Shown here one piece after another: positions 42,459 to 52,555 of a stretch of 64,000 bases of DNA (position 1 is the first letter of the stretch; every line of letters begins with the position of its first letter). Made by a program: the position numbers and the translations under genes. A model generated the notes under the pieces. That model was not told the origin of the DNA and made no database searches. It saw only the letters and a program-made list of their open reading frames with translations. Origin of the DNA: Candidatus Bathyarchaeia archaeon (lineage in GTDB: Archaea; Thermoproteota; Bathyarchaeia; 40CM-2-53-6); contig JBEKFP010000002.1 in assembly GCA_050013255.1 (NCBI GenBank), forward strand, positions 416,001 through 480,000. Reading direction: 5' to 3'.

Positions 42459-42506
42459 GCACCGATCTAGTCGTGCAGGCTGAGGATTGGCTGTTCATAT
42501 CCGATA

Positions 42507-44120
42507 CTACGGAGGCAATGCTGTAGCATTTGGATTGAGCAGAACTGTTACGTGTCCGTTCGAGTAAATTCTTGAGAATCCCACCGTGTTTCCCTCCATT
42601 TGCGATAATTCGCTATTTGACAGTCCTGCTATGTTGACTAGATCTTTCTCAAATTCGGGGCTCATGAAGATAATCTTGAACCATGCAGCACCTTTCAGTA
42701 ATCGAGGTGAAGCATACTCATCGATAAAGTGTGTATTCGTATTCGACTTGGAATCCAACCACTGATATACACGGTTCCGAAGCAGCATGGTGTAATTTTC
42801 ACCATTTGGATCCGCTTGGAAGGTGGAGATGAAGATGACATCGGCTGCATGCTGTTCTCTAAAGGACATGTATGATTCCACGTTGTAAGTTCTATGGAGT
42901 AAGGCCACTGGGAAAATTGCTAGCGCCAGGAGAAAATACACAAGCAGGAATTTGCGTGCCGTGGCACTTACTAACACCGATCTCAGGGCATGGGTGGTCG
43001 GGATGAAGAGTATCTGGAGGGCCCTCCAGCCTATCACTCCGACAATGGCATAGACTACAGAGGAGACTTGCACCGAAATATCAATGACACGTAACTTGTA
43101 GTGTTTCAAGCAGTAATAAGTCACAAAACCTAGAAGTGCCCACATCGAAATCGTAGTAAAAAGCGAAACCGCTCTACCGAGCGCGTCAATCGAAGATACC
43201 GGTCCGGCTAGTGTCAACCTGCCCTGTAACATGTACTCGAGATACAGCTGCGAATACTGGATAATTGCCATCGAAATCATTACCGGTGTTTCGAAGACAA
43301 CGTACACTGCGTATAGCAGTAAGAAGATCAGTGCCAAATTCAAGTACCATCGGTCCTTAATGCTCGCTATAAGTGCGGTAAATACAACAAAAACAGGAAG
43401 GAAGGCGTGCGTGAACATTAATGCTCCGTAGACTATGAGCGTTGCGATCCGAGACTGCACTCCCTTGCCGGTCATAAAGACGAGGCAAATTATCAGAAGC
43501 GTGAGGGCGAACGATTGAGCAGAGAACTGCCATGGCATGTAAGGATTGGCAGCGATAGCATATGCCACGATCGATAGAAAGTCTCTCACTGGGCTGTTCT
43601 GACTTGAGTACAAAAAGAGTCCACCTACAAAAGCTACGTTCCAAGTGAGAAATAGGATGGTACAAACCATCGAGATCGGAACATCGAGAACTCGTGACGC
43701 AATTGTTCCAAGAATAAAAAGCAGGGGCCATTGATAGTAAAGATTCCACACTCCGTTAGACGCATAGTTCTCAGTGAGTCCGCGGAAGAAATTCGCATCC
43801 GGTCCGAACGGGAACGTGAAGAAAAAAGTGATCGAATACGTGCAGATGAAGAAAACGATCCCACAGACGAAGCGCTCCCACATATGTTTGGAGTTGCTAG
43901 CGATCAGGAAGATTGCAATATTTGCGATTGAGAGACCAATCCAATAGAATGGGCTAATTGAATCATAGAGATAATTCGCTCGTGACTCTACGGCCACAGG
44001 AAAATTCCTGAACCACGCTACGCTGATCAAGAACAGGCCGATTGGAAGGAGAGCATAACCAATCCTAGAGCGCGCCCGACTCCATTCTTGATTGTTAGGT
44101 CGCACTCTATTACCACACAA
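42507..44120 (-). CDS. Multi-pass membrane protein, paralogue of 35831..37417
   Basis: FGPD, YQWP, QFSAQ, THAF, RALQ, IYSNG. Confidence 0.7.
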   Translation of the reverse strand: MCGNRVRPNNQEWSRARSRIGYALLPIGLFLISVAWFRNFPVAVESRANYLYDSISPFYWIGLSIANIAIFLIASNSKHMWERFVCGIVFFICTYSITFFFTFPFGPDANFFRGLTENYASNGVWNLYYQWPLLFILGTIASRVLDVPISMVCTILFLTWNVAFVGGLFLYSSQNSPVRDFLSIVAYAIAANPYMPWQFSAQSFALTLLIICLVFMTGKGVQSRIATLIVYGALMFTHAFLPVFVVFTALIASIKDRWYLNLALIFLLLYAVYVVFETPVMISMAIIQYSQLYLEYMLQGRLTLAGPVSSIDALGRAVSLFTTISMWALLGFVTYYCLKHYKLRVIDISVQVSSVVYAIVGVIGWRALQILFIPTTHALRSVLVSATARKFLLVYFLLALAIFPVALLHRTYNVESYMSFREQHAADVIFISTFQADPNGENYTMLLRNRVYQWLDSKSNTNTHFIDEYASPRLLKGAAWFKIIFMSPEFEKDLVNIAGLSNSELSQMEGNTVGFSRIYSNGHVTVLLNPNATALPP

Positions 44121-44236
44121 GCAATGGTAGCATTTACTCTACAGGAAAGACATTCTGTTATGGCTATGATTCTTGATAGCCTTTGTCCTGAAGGTATTTG
44201 ATCATATCCAACCACTGTGTGTTTCATTACTCAATG

Positions 44237-45010
44237 CTAGAACTTCGTTTCATATCGTTTCATGAAGTGATTTGCTGTCGCTTGCTCGATGCCAATTGTC
44301 CACGACCTCCCAGAACTACCTCCTATTGCCAGTAGTGGCGCGATTAGCGGTAGAAACATGTAGAACGCCCGTACAGTAGGTGGTGGCTTCGCAAACTTCA
44401 ATGCTTGGTATACGCCGAGCATTGTTCTTGCCTTATACACTCGTTCCTCTGCGGGTGAACGTGTTCTGGAAGTCATTACGTAGGCCTCCGGGCAGAATTT
44501 CACGCGATAGCCCAACTCGAGTGCCCTAAACATAAGATATGTGTCTTCAGCTGTACATGGTGGGATTGGGACTAAGTGATTGAAGACTCGTCTATTGATT
44601 AGAATCAGTTCACCGCTGGCGGCCACGGGAAGTCTACGCCTCACATGATCGAGTATCTTGTAGAATTCTCTCTGAGGGCCCTCTACGACCTTCACTCCAC
44701 AGTATGTTAGATCAGCTTCACGGGAACGCAAGAGAGCTTTGTCAAGCGAGTAAATACTTGTGTCGACATCATTGAGCACAATTAGTTGGGCGTTTGAAGG
44801 TACGAACTTACTTCCAAAGTTTATCGCATCCCATTTTCCAACTGCCTTTCGGTATCGTACCCTAGGATGGTTCACTCTCTCGCCACAAATAACCAAGAAT
44901 CTGGAAACCCCTAGAGCTGCAAGTTCGTCAAGCTTGTCGCGTAAGTGGGTTCGATCTCTTGCTAGGACTAAGAAGAAAGGCGGTATACGTGCAAAGAGGT
45001 TTGTGTGCAC
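44237..45010 (-). CDS. GT2-like glycosyltransferase
   Basis: GKWDAIN, NDVD, ASGEL, AEDTY. Confidence 0.75.
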   Translation of the reverse strand: MHTNLFARIPPFFLVLARDRTHLRDKLDELAALGVSRFLVICGERVNHPRVRYRKAVGKWDAINFGSKFVPSNAQLIVLNDVDTSIYSLDKALLRSREADLTYCGVKVVEGPQREFYKILDHVRRRLPVAASGELILINRRVFNHLVPIPPCTAEDTYLMFRALELGYRVKFCPEAYVMTSRTRSPAEERVYKARTMLGVYQALKFAKPPPTVRAFYMFLPLIAPLLAIGGSSGRSWTIGIEQATANHFMKRYETKF

Positions 45011-45190
45011 TTTAAGTCCTCTCAGACCGAGCAGTCAAAGCTTCGCCAGATAATCGAAAGCTGAAATGAACTAGGACTAATTACTTTAGCTGTTTGATGC
45101 CACCCCATGATATCTTGAACAGATTAGCAAGCCGTAGAACTGCTTAGGGCGCTTAAGACAAACGGGATCTCGCAATCACCAAGGCGACTA

Positions 45191-45949
45191 TTATGGAGGA
45201 GAGTCGGTCTTGACCACAATTACTACCTCAGGTGAAATCTGCATCTTTCGGAACTTAGAGGGACGGTAGGGGGAGATACCACGGCCTGGTTTTGTGATAT
45301 CGCCCATGCCACATTCATCGACCAATTGTTTGACAAATCCAACCATACCATAACTGTGGTTCGGAGAGTAGGGCTTAGCAACGTAACAAAACAAGGTGTA
45401 GAGTTTACGGAGACTGCGCTTACCTCCCTCTAGCCGCCAAATTCGCTCCACTATGCTGTTATCCGTCTTCGGGATTTTTGGATCAAAAAATCTTCCATCT
45501 GGCCAGGACTGCCAGTATCCTGTACCCCAGTCTTCGATAGCATATATTCCTCCAGGCTTCAAATGATTGTTAAAGAGATGCCAGAAGGCGATCCGTGTAG
45601 GATCAGCCAGATGAGAAGCGTCGTCGACAATCACATCGAAACCGTGAGGAGCCATTTCGAGAGAAATGCGGTCAAGAAGCGCGGTGTCTTGCTGCAGACC
45701 GCGGTAAATGTGAGTTCTGCCAGTCGAGTCGTGAATGTCGACGGGATTGGCATCTAATCCCACGATATGGCCGTTTTGAAAATAGTCTCGCCAAAGTAAC
45801 AGCGAGCCCCCCTTGAAAACACCAAGCTCAAAGAGCGTGATCTCCTTATCTTTGAAAGGCGCGAAGTACTCTTCGTAGACCTTGAGATATTTCACACTCT
45901 TGTCCGTCTGGTAGCCGGTCATATCCGAAAGCCTGACCATCGGATTCAC
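45191..45949 (-). CDS. Class I SAM methyltransferase (MycE-like sugar O-methyltransferase)
   Basis: ELGVFKGGSLLLWRDYF, FDVIVDDASH, LKPGGIYAIED. Confidence 0.82.
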   Translation of the reverse strand: MNPMVRLSDMTGYQTDKSVKYLKVYEEYFAPFKDKEITLFELGVFKGGSLLLWRDYFQNGHIVGLDANPVDIHDSTGRTHIYRGLQQDTALLDRISLEMAPHGFDVIVDDASHLADPTRIAFWHLFNNHLKPGGIYAIEDWGTGYWQSWPDGRFFDPKIPKTDNSIVERIWRLEGGKRSLRKLYTLFCYVAKPYSPNHSYGMVGFVKQLVDECGMGDITKPGRGISPYRPSKFRKMQISPEVVIVVKTDSPP

Positions 45950-46101
45950 CAGCTGACTAGTATGCTTGCTAGAATCGCGTCACGAAATCTGATCATGATA
46001 ATTGTGAACTTCCTGTCTCAAATCTACTTGGAAGTGATTTATATGTCGTCCCTAATTGTGCATCTGCCTCGCGGATGGAGAATTAGAGGCATGATTGAGT
46101 C

Positions 46102-47349
46102 ATGTGCCATCAACCTCTTCGAATATTGGTGGTGAAATATGCGGTTGTCGGGCTAACAGATCTATCCCGTGAAAGTACGACCTTCAAGCCACTCGCGGCC
46201 TTGGCGAGACTAGGACATCAAGTGACATTTCTGGCAGCAGTACCACACAAATCAGCAGGACGGCGAGAAGTGTCCGGTCTGAAGTTAGAGCTCATTCGAA
46301 TTCCTAAGGAATCTCCCGTCTTTTCTTTGATCTTTTTCGAAATTGCCGCATTGTGGCGCGTCCTCAGAGCAATCTCACACTCAGACGTAATCATTCTTGA
46401 TTACAACTCCGTGCCGTTGCTTTTCCCAGTCCTTTTTCTTCGGCGTTTGTTCAGCCGTAATCCAATATTGCTGCTTCACATTGAGACTAACGTGGTAGTT
46501 GAAGAAAATGCATTACGCAATATGGCGGTTTCTTTCCATGACGCTCTCTCAATGAAACTGGCATCGGTGCTTTTTGACAAAATATTCTTTTCTTCGCCCA
46601 TGTTGGCAGAGCTCTATCGTAATACGTATCGACTATCGGGCAGTAAGATCGCTGTGTGGCCCAACGTTGTCGAGTCAGAGTTTGCTGGTTTTGTAGATGA
46701 AAAGAGAGTTGAACTCCTGCGCAAAGAGCTTGGATTGGCGGGCCGATTGAGCGTATTGTATCATGGATGGCTTTCAAAGGGAAGAGGAATAATTGAACTT
46801 GTTGAGGCGTTTAGACTTCTAAAAGAAGAGTCTGCCATGGCAGTCTTAGTTCTCTTAGGATACGGACCTCAGAAAGAGGCCATCTCTAAGTACGTGCGTG
46901 AGAACAGTTTAGGTGAAATTGTGAAACTTCGAGGACCAGTTGCCAATACGGAGGTTCCAAACTACATCGCAGCTTGCGACGTAGGTATAGTCCCTCTTCC
47001 GGATAATATATGGTGGCGCTATCAATGCCCGATAAAGGTGCTTGAGCTATTGTCGATGAACAAGCCGTTGATCGTTTCTGACTTGCCCGCTCACAGATGG
47101 ATAATCGGTAACCAACCGGTGGCGATTTTCCTTAAAGGAACAGACCCACGTTCGATAGCTGACGGAATATGTGAATTCGCTAATTCAAGAAGCGACTTTG
47201 ATCATGAGGCAGGAAGAATGATCGTAGAAGAGAGGTTCACGCCCGAGAAAGTTGCTAGCTATATTGAATCTGAAATCGTATCTCTAATTTCGATGCCCAC
47301 GAAGATGATTATTGATCAGAAGATCAATTCTCACAAGCCATTGGGTTGA
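46102..47349 (+). CDS. GT4 glycosyltransferase (paralogue of 32449..33741)
   Basis: YHGWLSKGRGI, CDVGIVPLP, QCPIKVLELLSMNKP. Confidence 0.9.
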   Translation: MCHQPLRILVVKYAVVGLTDLSRESTTFKPLAALARLGHQVTFLAAVPHKSAGRREVSGLKLELIRIPKESPVFSLIFFEIAALWRVLRAISHSDVIILDYNSVPLLFPVLFLRRLFSRNPILLLHIETNVVVEENALRNMAVSFHDALSMKLASVLFDKIFFSSPMLAELYRNTYRLSGSKIAVWPNVVESEFAGFVDEKRVELLRKELGLAGRLSVLYHGWLSKGRGIIELVEAFRLLKEESAMAVLVLLGYGPQKEAISKYVRENSLGEIVKLRGPVANTEVPNYIAACDVGIVPLPDNIWWRYQCPIKVLELLSMNKPLIVSDLPAHRWIIGNQPVAIFLKGTDPRSIADGICEFANSRSDFDHEAGRMIVEERFTPEKVASYIESEIVSLISMPTKMIIDQKINSHKPLG

Positions 47350-47358
47350 GTAGATGTT

Positions 47359-48297
47359 ATGTCTTGGCCCCTAGTTTCCGTTGTGATACCGACGCAGAGT
47401 CGAGAACGGCAGACTCTGCTGTGTAGGGCAATTAATGGTGTGTTCGGTCAGGACTATCCTGGACCGATCGAGTGCTTAGTAGTATTTGATCGAAGCAAGC
47501 CGGTGGTTCCTTCAGTGGAGACAAAGGATGGCCGATTTCTCCGAATATTGACTAATGTACGTGCTGCTGGTCCTAGTGGTACAAGAAACACGGGAGCTAT
47601 GGCTGCAAGGGGAGAGTTTCTTGCTTTTTGCGATGACGACGACGAATGGTTAGAGAGAAAGTTACGCCTTCAAATAGATGCCCTAGCGAATCACGTTGCC
47701 GTAGTAGCCACATGCGGGATATATGTTTGCTACGAGGGTCACGCAATAGCTCGGTTGCCTCCTAATCGAACTCTCACTTTCAGAGATTTTCTTCGATCGC
47801 GTTACACGGAGGTGCATCCGAGCACTCTTACGATGAGGAGACAAACGTTTTTCGAATACGTCGGCCCACTTGACGAGAATGATGCTCTCAAATCCGGCTA
47901 CTGCGCCGACTACGAGTGGATATTGCGGGCTTCACGTCGGTGCAGGTTTGTCACTGTTAGAAAGCCCTTGGTACGAATAAATTGGCATCCAGGAGCTTGG
48001 TCGATGATGCAGAAAGCAGCACGATGGGAGATCACCATCGCTGCATTGTCATATCTCATAGAAAAGTACCCAGAGTTTCAACAAGAACCGCGGGGATTTG
48101 CGCGTATCTGCGGACAAATCGCTTTTGCATACGCTGCACTGGGAAAGAGAGCGCAATCTCGACAATGGACAGCAAAATGCCTATCCATAAATCCTCTGGA
48201 CATTCGGGCGTTCTTGGCTATTCTTGCCAATTCTGGTTTGATGCGTTGGGAGACAATTGTTCGATTCATCAACATGTTGGGGAGGGGAATCACCTAA
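47359..48297 (+). CDS. GT2 glycosyltransferase
   Basis: VSVVIPT, RNTGAMAARGEFLAFCDDDDEW. Confidence 0.92.
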   Translation: MSWPLVSVVIPTQSRERQTLLCRAINGVFGQDYPGPIECLVVFDRSKPVVPSVETKDGRFLRILTNVRAAGPSGTRNTGAMAARGEFLAFCDDDDEWLERKLRLQIDALANHVAVVATCGIYVCYEGHAIARLPPNRTLTFRDFLRSRYTEVHPSTLTMRRQTFFEYVGPLDENDALKSGYCADYEWILRASRRCRFVTVRKPLVRINWHPGAWSMMQKAARWEITIAALSYLIEKYPEFQQEPRGFARICGQIAFAYAALGKRAQSRQWTAKCLSINPLDIRAFLAILANSGLMRWETIVRFINMLGRGIT

Positions 48298-48492
48298 CAT
48301 CGTCCGGCGCTGTGCCGAGTGAGCTCTATCACGATTTCGACAAGAAACTGGAGAGATAGTTTGCTCTGGGTCTCTGTAACGGGACGCTCACGAAACGCGC
48401 AACAACGATTGTCGTACCGCTCGGAAATCAGGAGGTGGTAAGCAGCGAGTAGGAAGGTGATCCTTGAGCGTCTCTGCATTGTCATCTGCATT

Positions 48493-49818
48493 TTATGGGG
48501 TTGGAATCGAAGATCTGCCTACTCCGAATGTTGGAATAGTGAGGTGTTTTCCGGATAGAATGTTTCTGCCATCAACTATCGCTTTGAGGCTGCCCACTCG
48601 TTCGTATTGAAAATTCTCGAATTGAGGATGGTTGGTTGCTATGACGATGATGTCGCAGGATTCACGGGTAGGATCAAACGGTGTCATTCCCAGGCGTTCT
48701 ATTTCTTCATTTGAGAACAGTGGGTCATAGACTCTGATATTCTTGATACCTTCCCTCTCGAGAATCTGGTTAAATGTGATTGCGGGGCTGTCCCTGCAAT
48801 CCTTTACCCCACCTTTGTAGGATAGGCCGAAGATGGTTACGCGTGTCTCCACGGTGTCTTTCCTGATGTAAGCGCATGCTTCTTTCATCAGGCCGTAGAC
48901 AAAATATGGCATCCTCTCGTTGGAGAGCATAGCATTCCACAGCGTGTTGAAAGGGGTTCCTGACTCTTCACCCGCAGAAATAAGATAATACGGATCCTTT
49001 GGAATACAAGGTCCCCCGACGCCTATTCCAGGGTAATGTGGATGAAAGCTCCATTTCGTTGCGGCCGCACCTATGACTTCAAGCACGTCAATTCCAGTGG
49101 AGTCACAGAAACGTGCGAATTCATTCGCGAGCCCGAGATTTAGTGCACGATAGGAGTTCTCAAGCATCTTAGTTGCCTCAGCTGCCTCTAGAGAGGAGAC
49201 GAGGACCAGCTGCTTCACGAAATGTGAGTAGAGCTGACGAGCGAGTTCGGTTGAGTTCTGATCTATCCCCCCTATGACTTTCGGTATTTCCGACATAGCC
49301 AAGCTTGTGTTGCCAGGGTCTATGCGTTCAGGGGAGGCTACGAGAGCAAAATCACGACCGGGGACCAAGTGCGATTTTCTTTCTAGGATTCGCCCGATAA
49401 TATTTCTAGTCATGCCTGGGGCGACTGTGCTTTCGTTCACAACTATGTCTCCCTCGTTGATGGATTGTCCTATTAGCGAAGATGCTTCTTTGATCATGGC
49501 CAAATCTGGTCGTCTGTCTACGAACATTGGAGTAGGCACGCAGACTATCTTCACACGTGAATTTGCCACGACCCCTGTATCTTGGGAGGCCTGTAAAGAG
49601 CCTGAGTCTACCAGTGACTTGATTTCCGAATGTGAGATTGCAACTAAGTGTTCGAGAGGGTTTCTTCCAGCCTTCACGGCATCGACCTTTTCAGCAGATG
49701 TGTCAAATCCGAGGACGTGGAATCCACCTTGGGCTGCTCCGCAGGCAAGAGACAACCCTACGTATCCGAGGCCTATGATGCACACCCTGTCTTCGAGGTC
49801 AACGTCTTTCATTTTCAT
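48493..49818 (-). CDS. Nucleotide-sugar (UDP-HexNAc) dehydrogenase
   Basis: GLGYVG, CVPTP, ESTV.PG, SPERIDPG, KMLEN, GGPCIPKDP. Confidence 0.92.
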   Translation of the reverse strand: MKMKDVDLEDRVCIIGLGYVGLSLACGAAQGGFHVLGFDTSAEKVDAVKAGRNPLEHLVAISHSEIKSLVDSGSLQASQDTGVVANSRVKIVCVPTPMFVDRRPDLAMIKEASSLIGQSINEGDIVVNESTVAPGMTRNIIGRILERKSHLVPGRDFALVASPERIDPGNTSLAMSEIPKVIGGIDQNSTELARQLYSHFVKQLVLVSSLEAAEATKMLENSYRALNLGLANEFARFCDSTGIDVLEVIGAAATKWSFHPHYPGIGVGGPCIPKDPYYLISAGEESGTPFNTLWNAMLSNERMPYFVYGLMKEACAYIRKDTVETRVTIFGLSYKGGVKDCRDSPAITFNQILEREGIKNIRVYDPLFSNEEIERLGMTPFDPTRESCDIIVIATNHPQFENFQYERVGSLKAIVDGRNILSGKHLTIPTFGVGRSSIPTP

Positions 49819-49836
49819 TGGGAATTCATCTCTGTC

Positions 49837-50877
49837 CTACCGAGTCTGCATCCAATTGATTGTTGCGGCTATTCCTTCGCGCATCGGTGTCTGTGGTTTA
49901 TAGCCCAGTTGTTGAGCCTTGTTTATGTCCGCGAGTCGGTTGAAGATTTCGATTTCTCTGGGACGATTCGATTTGTCGAAATTCTTGAGCACTATACTCG
50001 ACTTAGAGTTTGATAATTTCAGTATGAGGTCCGCGAGTTCAGATGCTTTTGTAGGTACACCGGTTCCCACGTTAAATACTTGATTTTTCGCCCGACTTAC
50101 TTGTGTTGCTGTCAAGGTAAGTCTAACTGCGTCTTTCACAAACGTGAAGTCTCGGACTTGATTTCCGTCTCCATAAATCTCTAACGGAGCTCCTTGTAAG
50201 GCAGCACGAACGAATCGTGGTATAACAAATCGGTCGTCTTGTCTTGGTCCATAGACGTTGAAGTATCTGAGGATAACGTATTCGATTCCGTATGCACGTC
50301 GGTAGGCTTCGCAATATCTCTCTCCGGCTAGCTTCGCGACGCCATAAGTCGACTTAGGAGATGTCCTGTCGGTTTCAGCTATAGGAAGCGATGATGGTTC
50401 TCCGTAGACTTCTGAAGATGAGCCGTAGATGACCATCTTTACGTCGTTCTTTCTCATCCCCTCTAGGATGTTTCGAGTTCCCATGATCTCCACTTCAAGA
50501 GTGTCAATAGGATGTTGATATGCATACTCGACACCTAACACCGCAGCCAGATGATACACAACGTCTACAGACTTAGTGGCGTCGAGCACGTTCTGTGGAT
50601 CACATACGTCACCCTCGATGAGTTCGAACTGATTTCCTGGTGTTTTTGGCTGCTTGTTGGAGAAGTTGTCGAGTACGCTCACTTTGTTGCCTTCCGAAAC
50701 TAGCTCTTCCACCAGGTGGGATCCTATGAATCCAGCTCCTCCGGTCACAAGAACTGACGTGGTTAAGTTGCTCTCCTGATACGGGTTACGTGTAGATGGC
50801 GCATGGTCTGGCTTATTACTGTCGTGTCGCGTCGTTGCATACGGAATGTCAAGGTGACTGTTGACGATAAATACCAC
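49837..50877 (-). CDS. UDP-glucose 4-epimerase-like SDR
   Basis: TGGAGFIGSH, SSSEVYG, YGVAK, RYFNVYGPRQ; real start probably ~50770. Confidence 0.9.
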   Translation of the reverse strand: MVFIVNSHLDIPYATTRHDSNKPDHAPSTRNPYQESNLTTSVLVTGGAGFIGSHLVEELVSEGNKVSVLDNFSNKQPKTPGNQFELIEGDVCDPQNVLDATKSVDVVYHLAAVLGVEYAYQHPIDTLEVEIMGTRNILEGMRKNDVKMVIYGSSSEVYGEPSSLPIAETDRTSPKSTYGVAKLAGERYCEAYRRAYGIEYVILRYFNVYGPRQDDRFVIPRFVRAALQGAPLEIYGDGNQVRDFTFVKDAVRLTLTATQVSRAKNQVFNVGTGVPTKASELADLILKLSNSKSSIVLKNFDKSNRPREIEIFNRLADINKAQQLGYKPQTPMREGIAATINWMQTR

Positions 50878-50907
50878 ATCATCAACAGCCTATTGCAGTT
50901 GTGCTGA

Positions 50908-51297
50908 ATGCAGAAACTGTACTCCAAGTCGCATTTGACGAAGATCGGTCATGACCGCAGAGGCCTAATCTTCAGAGCATCGCTCGTCGACAGGGAGTAC
51001 TCGTTCGTCGAAATGCGCGAGACGAGCCTGCGTGGAGGACATTACCATAGCCGTGAAACTTTCCATCTAGTAGTGCAAGGAAGGATTCGTTTCGAGCTTA
51101 TGGACCCTATCTTGAGGAGAAAACGGCAAGTAACTGCTGGTCCAATGGATATTGTACGTGTCAGGGCTGGAGTGGCACATCTCTTAATAGCCTTGGAAGA
51201 CTCAATATTCATCGAACCCCTAGCTGGACATGGCACAACAGTAAATTTCAACCCACAGCGGGCGCGAGTTGTTCACTTCATAAGGTCATCTGAGTGA
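50908..51297 (+). CDS. Cupin (sugar epimerase/isomerase-like)
   Basis: DRRG, RGGHYH..E, GVAH..ALEDS. Confidence 0.75.
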   Translation: MQKLYSKSHLTKIGHDRRGLIFRASLVDREYSFVEMRETSLRGGHYHSRETFHLVVQGRIRFELMDPILRRKRQVTAGPMDIVRVRAGVAHLLIALEDSIFIEPLAGHGTTVNFNPQRARVVHFIRSSE

Positions 51298-51349
51298 TTT
51301 GTAGGGAAACGGTACCTTCTCGTCAGCCAAGAAATGCTGTTACTTTTCG

Positions 51350-52249
51350 TCAGCTAGAAAATGCCGCTACTTTAGCCCAATTAGCTTGCCAAATCCCTTG
51401 CGGGTCGATTAGGTAAAAGAGTACGTTTGCGTCTTGTTGTGCTCCGTAATTCAGCCAACTGTCGAAATTAGAGTAACAGTCGAAACTTGAAGAAGTGTTC
51501 TCCCAATTTGACATCATGAGCCAAGTGATTGCTGGCTTTCCATATTGGGCCGCAAGCTGTGCGTTATAGTTAATCATTGATTGATGATTGTAGTCGTCTT
51601 CGGCCATGAACACTCGAAGATCACTCCCAAATAATGCGTAGTCAGTTGACAAAGCGGAACTGGCCCACTCATCTATTATGATTCCAATATGTGAGTTACT
51701 TTGCTCCGCCGTAATGACAAAACTTTGCAGTTGACTTTGCGACCAAGCCCCGCTTGAGATCGGTTCATCATTTATGATGAAATCAGGATTCATACTAAGT
51801 GCTTCAGGCAGGCCGTTCAGGGTTACTGAATAATTGTTTCTTCCTAGGAACACAAAAGTTTTGAGACCATAGGATCGTGCTGTTGCCAACCAGTTTGATA
51901 ATTGTCGAAGATTATTGCTGTTTTCCCAATATCCGTCTGTCCCCACGATTGTGAAGTGAGCAGCAACTAATTGACTAAACGAAGGTGGAAAACTTGGTCC
52001 AGTTAATATGGATTGACTACTGATGAACAATCCTTTAGCAAATACTGAACGGGCAGAGGAGAAGTAAGCAGTAGATGTTGAGGTTTGAGTTATTATGTTT
52101 GTTAGCGTAGATGTCTGGGATATCGTGGAGGTAATAAGTTGAGGAACTCCACCGGTCCATTGAATTCTTACACTAGAAAGCTGCTGATGAATTACTACTA
52201 CGCTCACTATGAGAATTATGAGTACGATTACTGTAGATTGACTTACCAA
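51350..52249 (-). CDS. N-terminally anchored secreted protein, AT-rich
   Basis: TM, Thr/Ser linker, ARSYGLKTFV..IINDEP. Confidence 0.7.
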   Translation of the reverse strand: MVSQSTVIVLIILIVSVVVIHQQLSSVRIQWTGGVPQLITSTISQTSTLTNIITQTSTSTAYFSSARSVFAKGLFISSQSILTGPSFPPSFSQLVAAHFTIVGTDGYWENSNNLRQLSNWLATARSYGLKTFVFLGRNNYSVTLNGLPEALSMNPDFIINDEPISSGAWSQSQLQSFVITAEQSNSHIGIIIDEWASSALSTDYALFGSDLRVFMAEDDYNHQSMINYNAQLAAQYGKPAITWLMMSNWENTSSSFDCYSNFDSWLNYGAQQDANVLFYLIDPQGIWQANWAKVAAFSS

Positions 52250-52555
52250 ATTAGCTTCACCTGTATGAATCTTGCCTCTTCCGATAACCTTGAGCGCTTT
52301 CGTTCTGAATCATAGTTAACCACTTGTTCTCTCCAGCGATTCTCATTAGCGGCTTCAGCTAGCGCACGTGGTTTTCCGGTAGCTATCGTATTTATACTTA
52401 CAAAAAGTTAGCCGTTACTGTGGACGAGTTCTGGGCGCATCGTCTACTGTGGCTCACGAAGATGTATTGTTACCATTTGTCTGGTCCTTCCGTATCCTAT
52501 CACATTAAGTCATTATAAGCAAGTTAACTCCCTACGAGAAAACGGCAGTTTCCAC

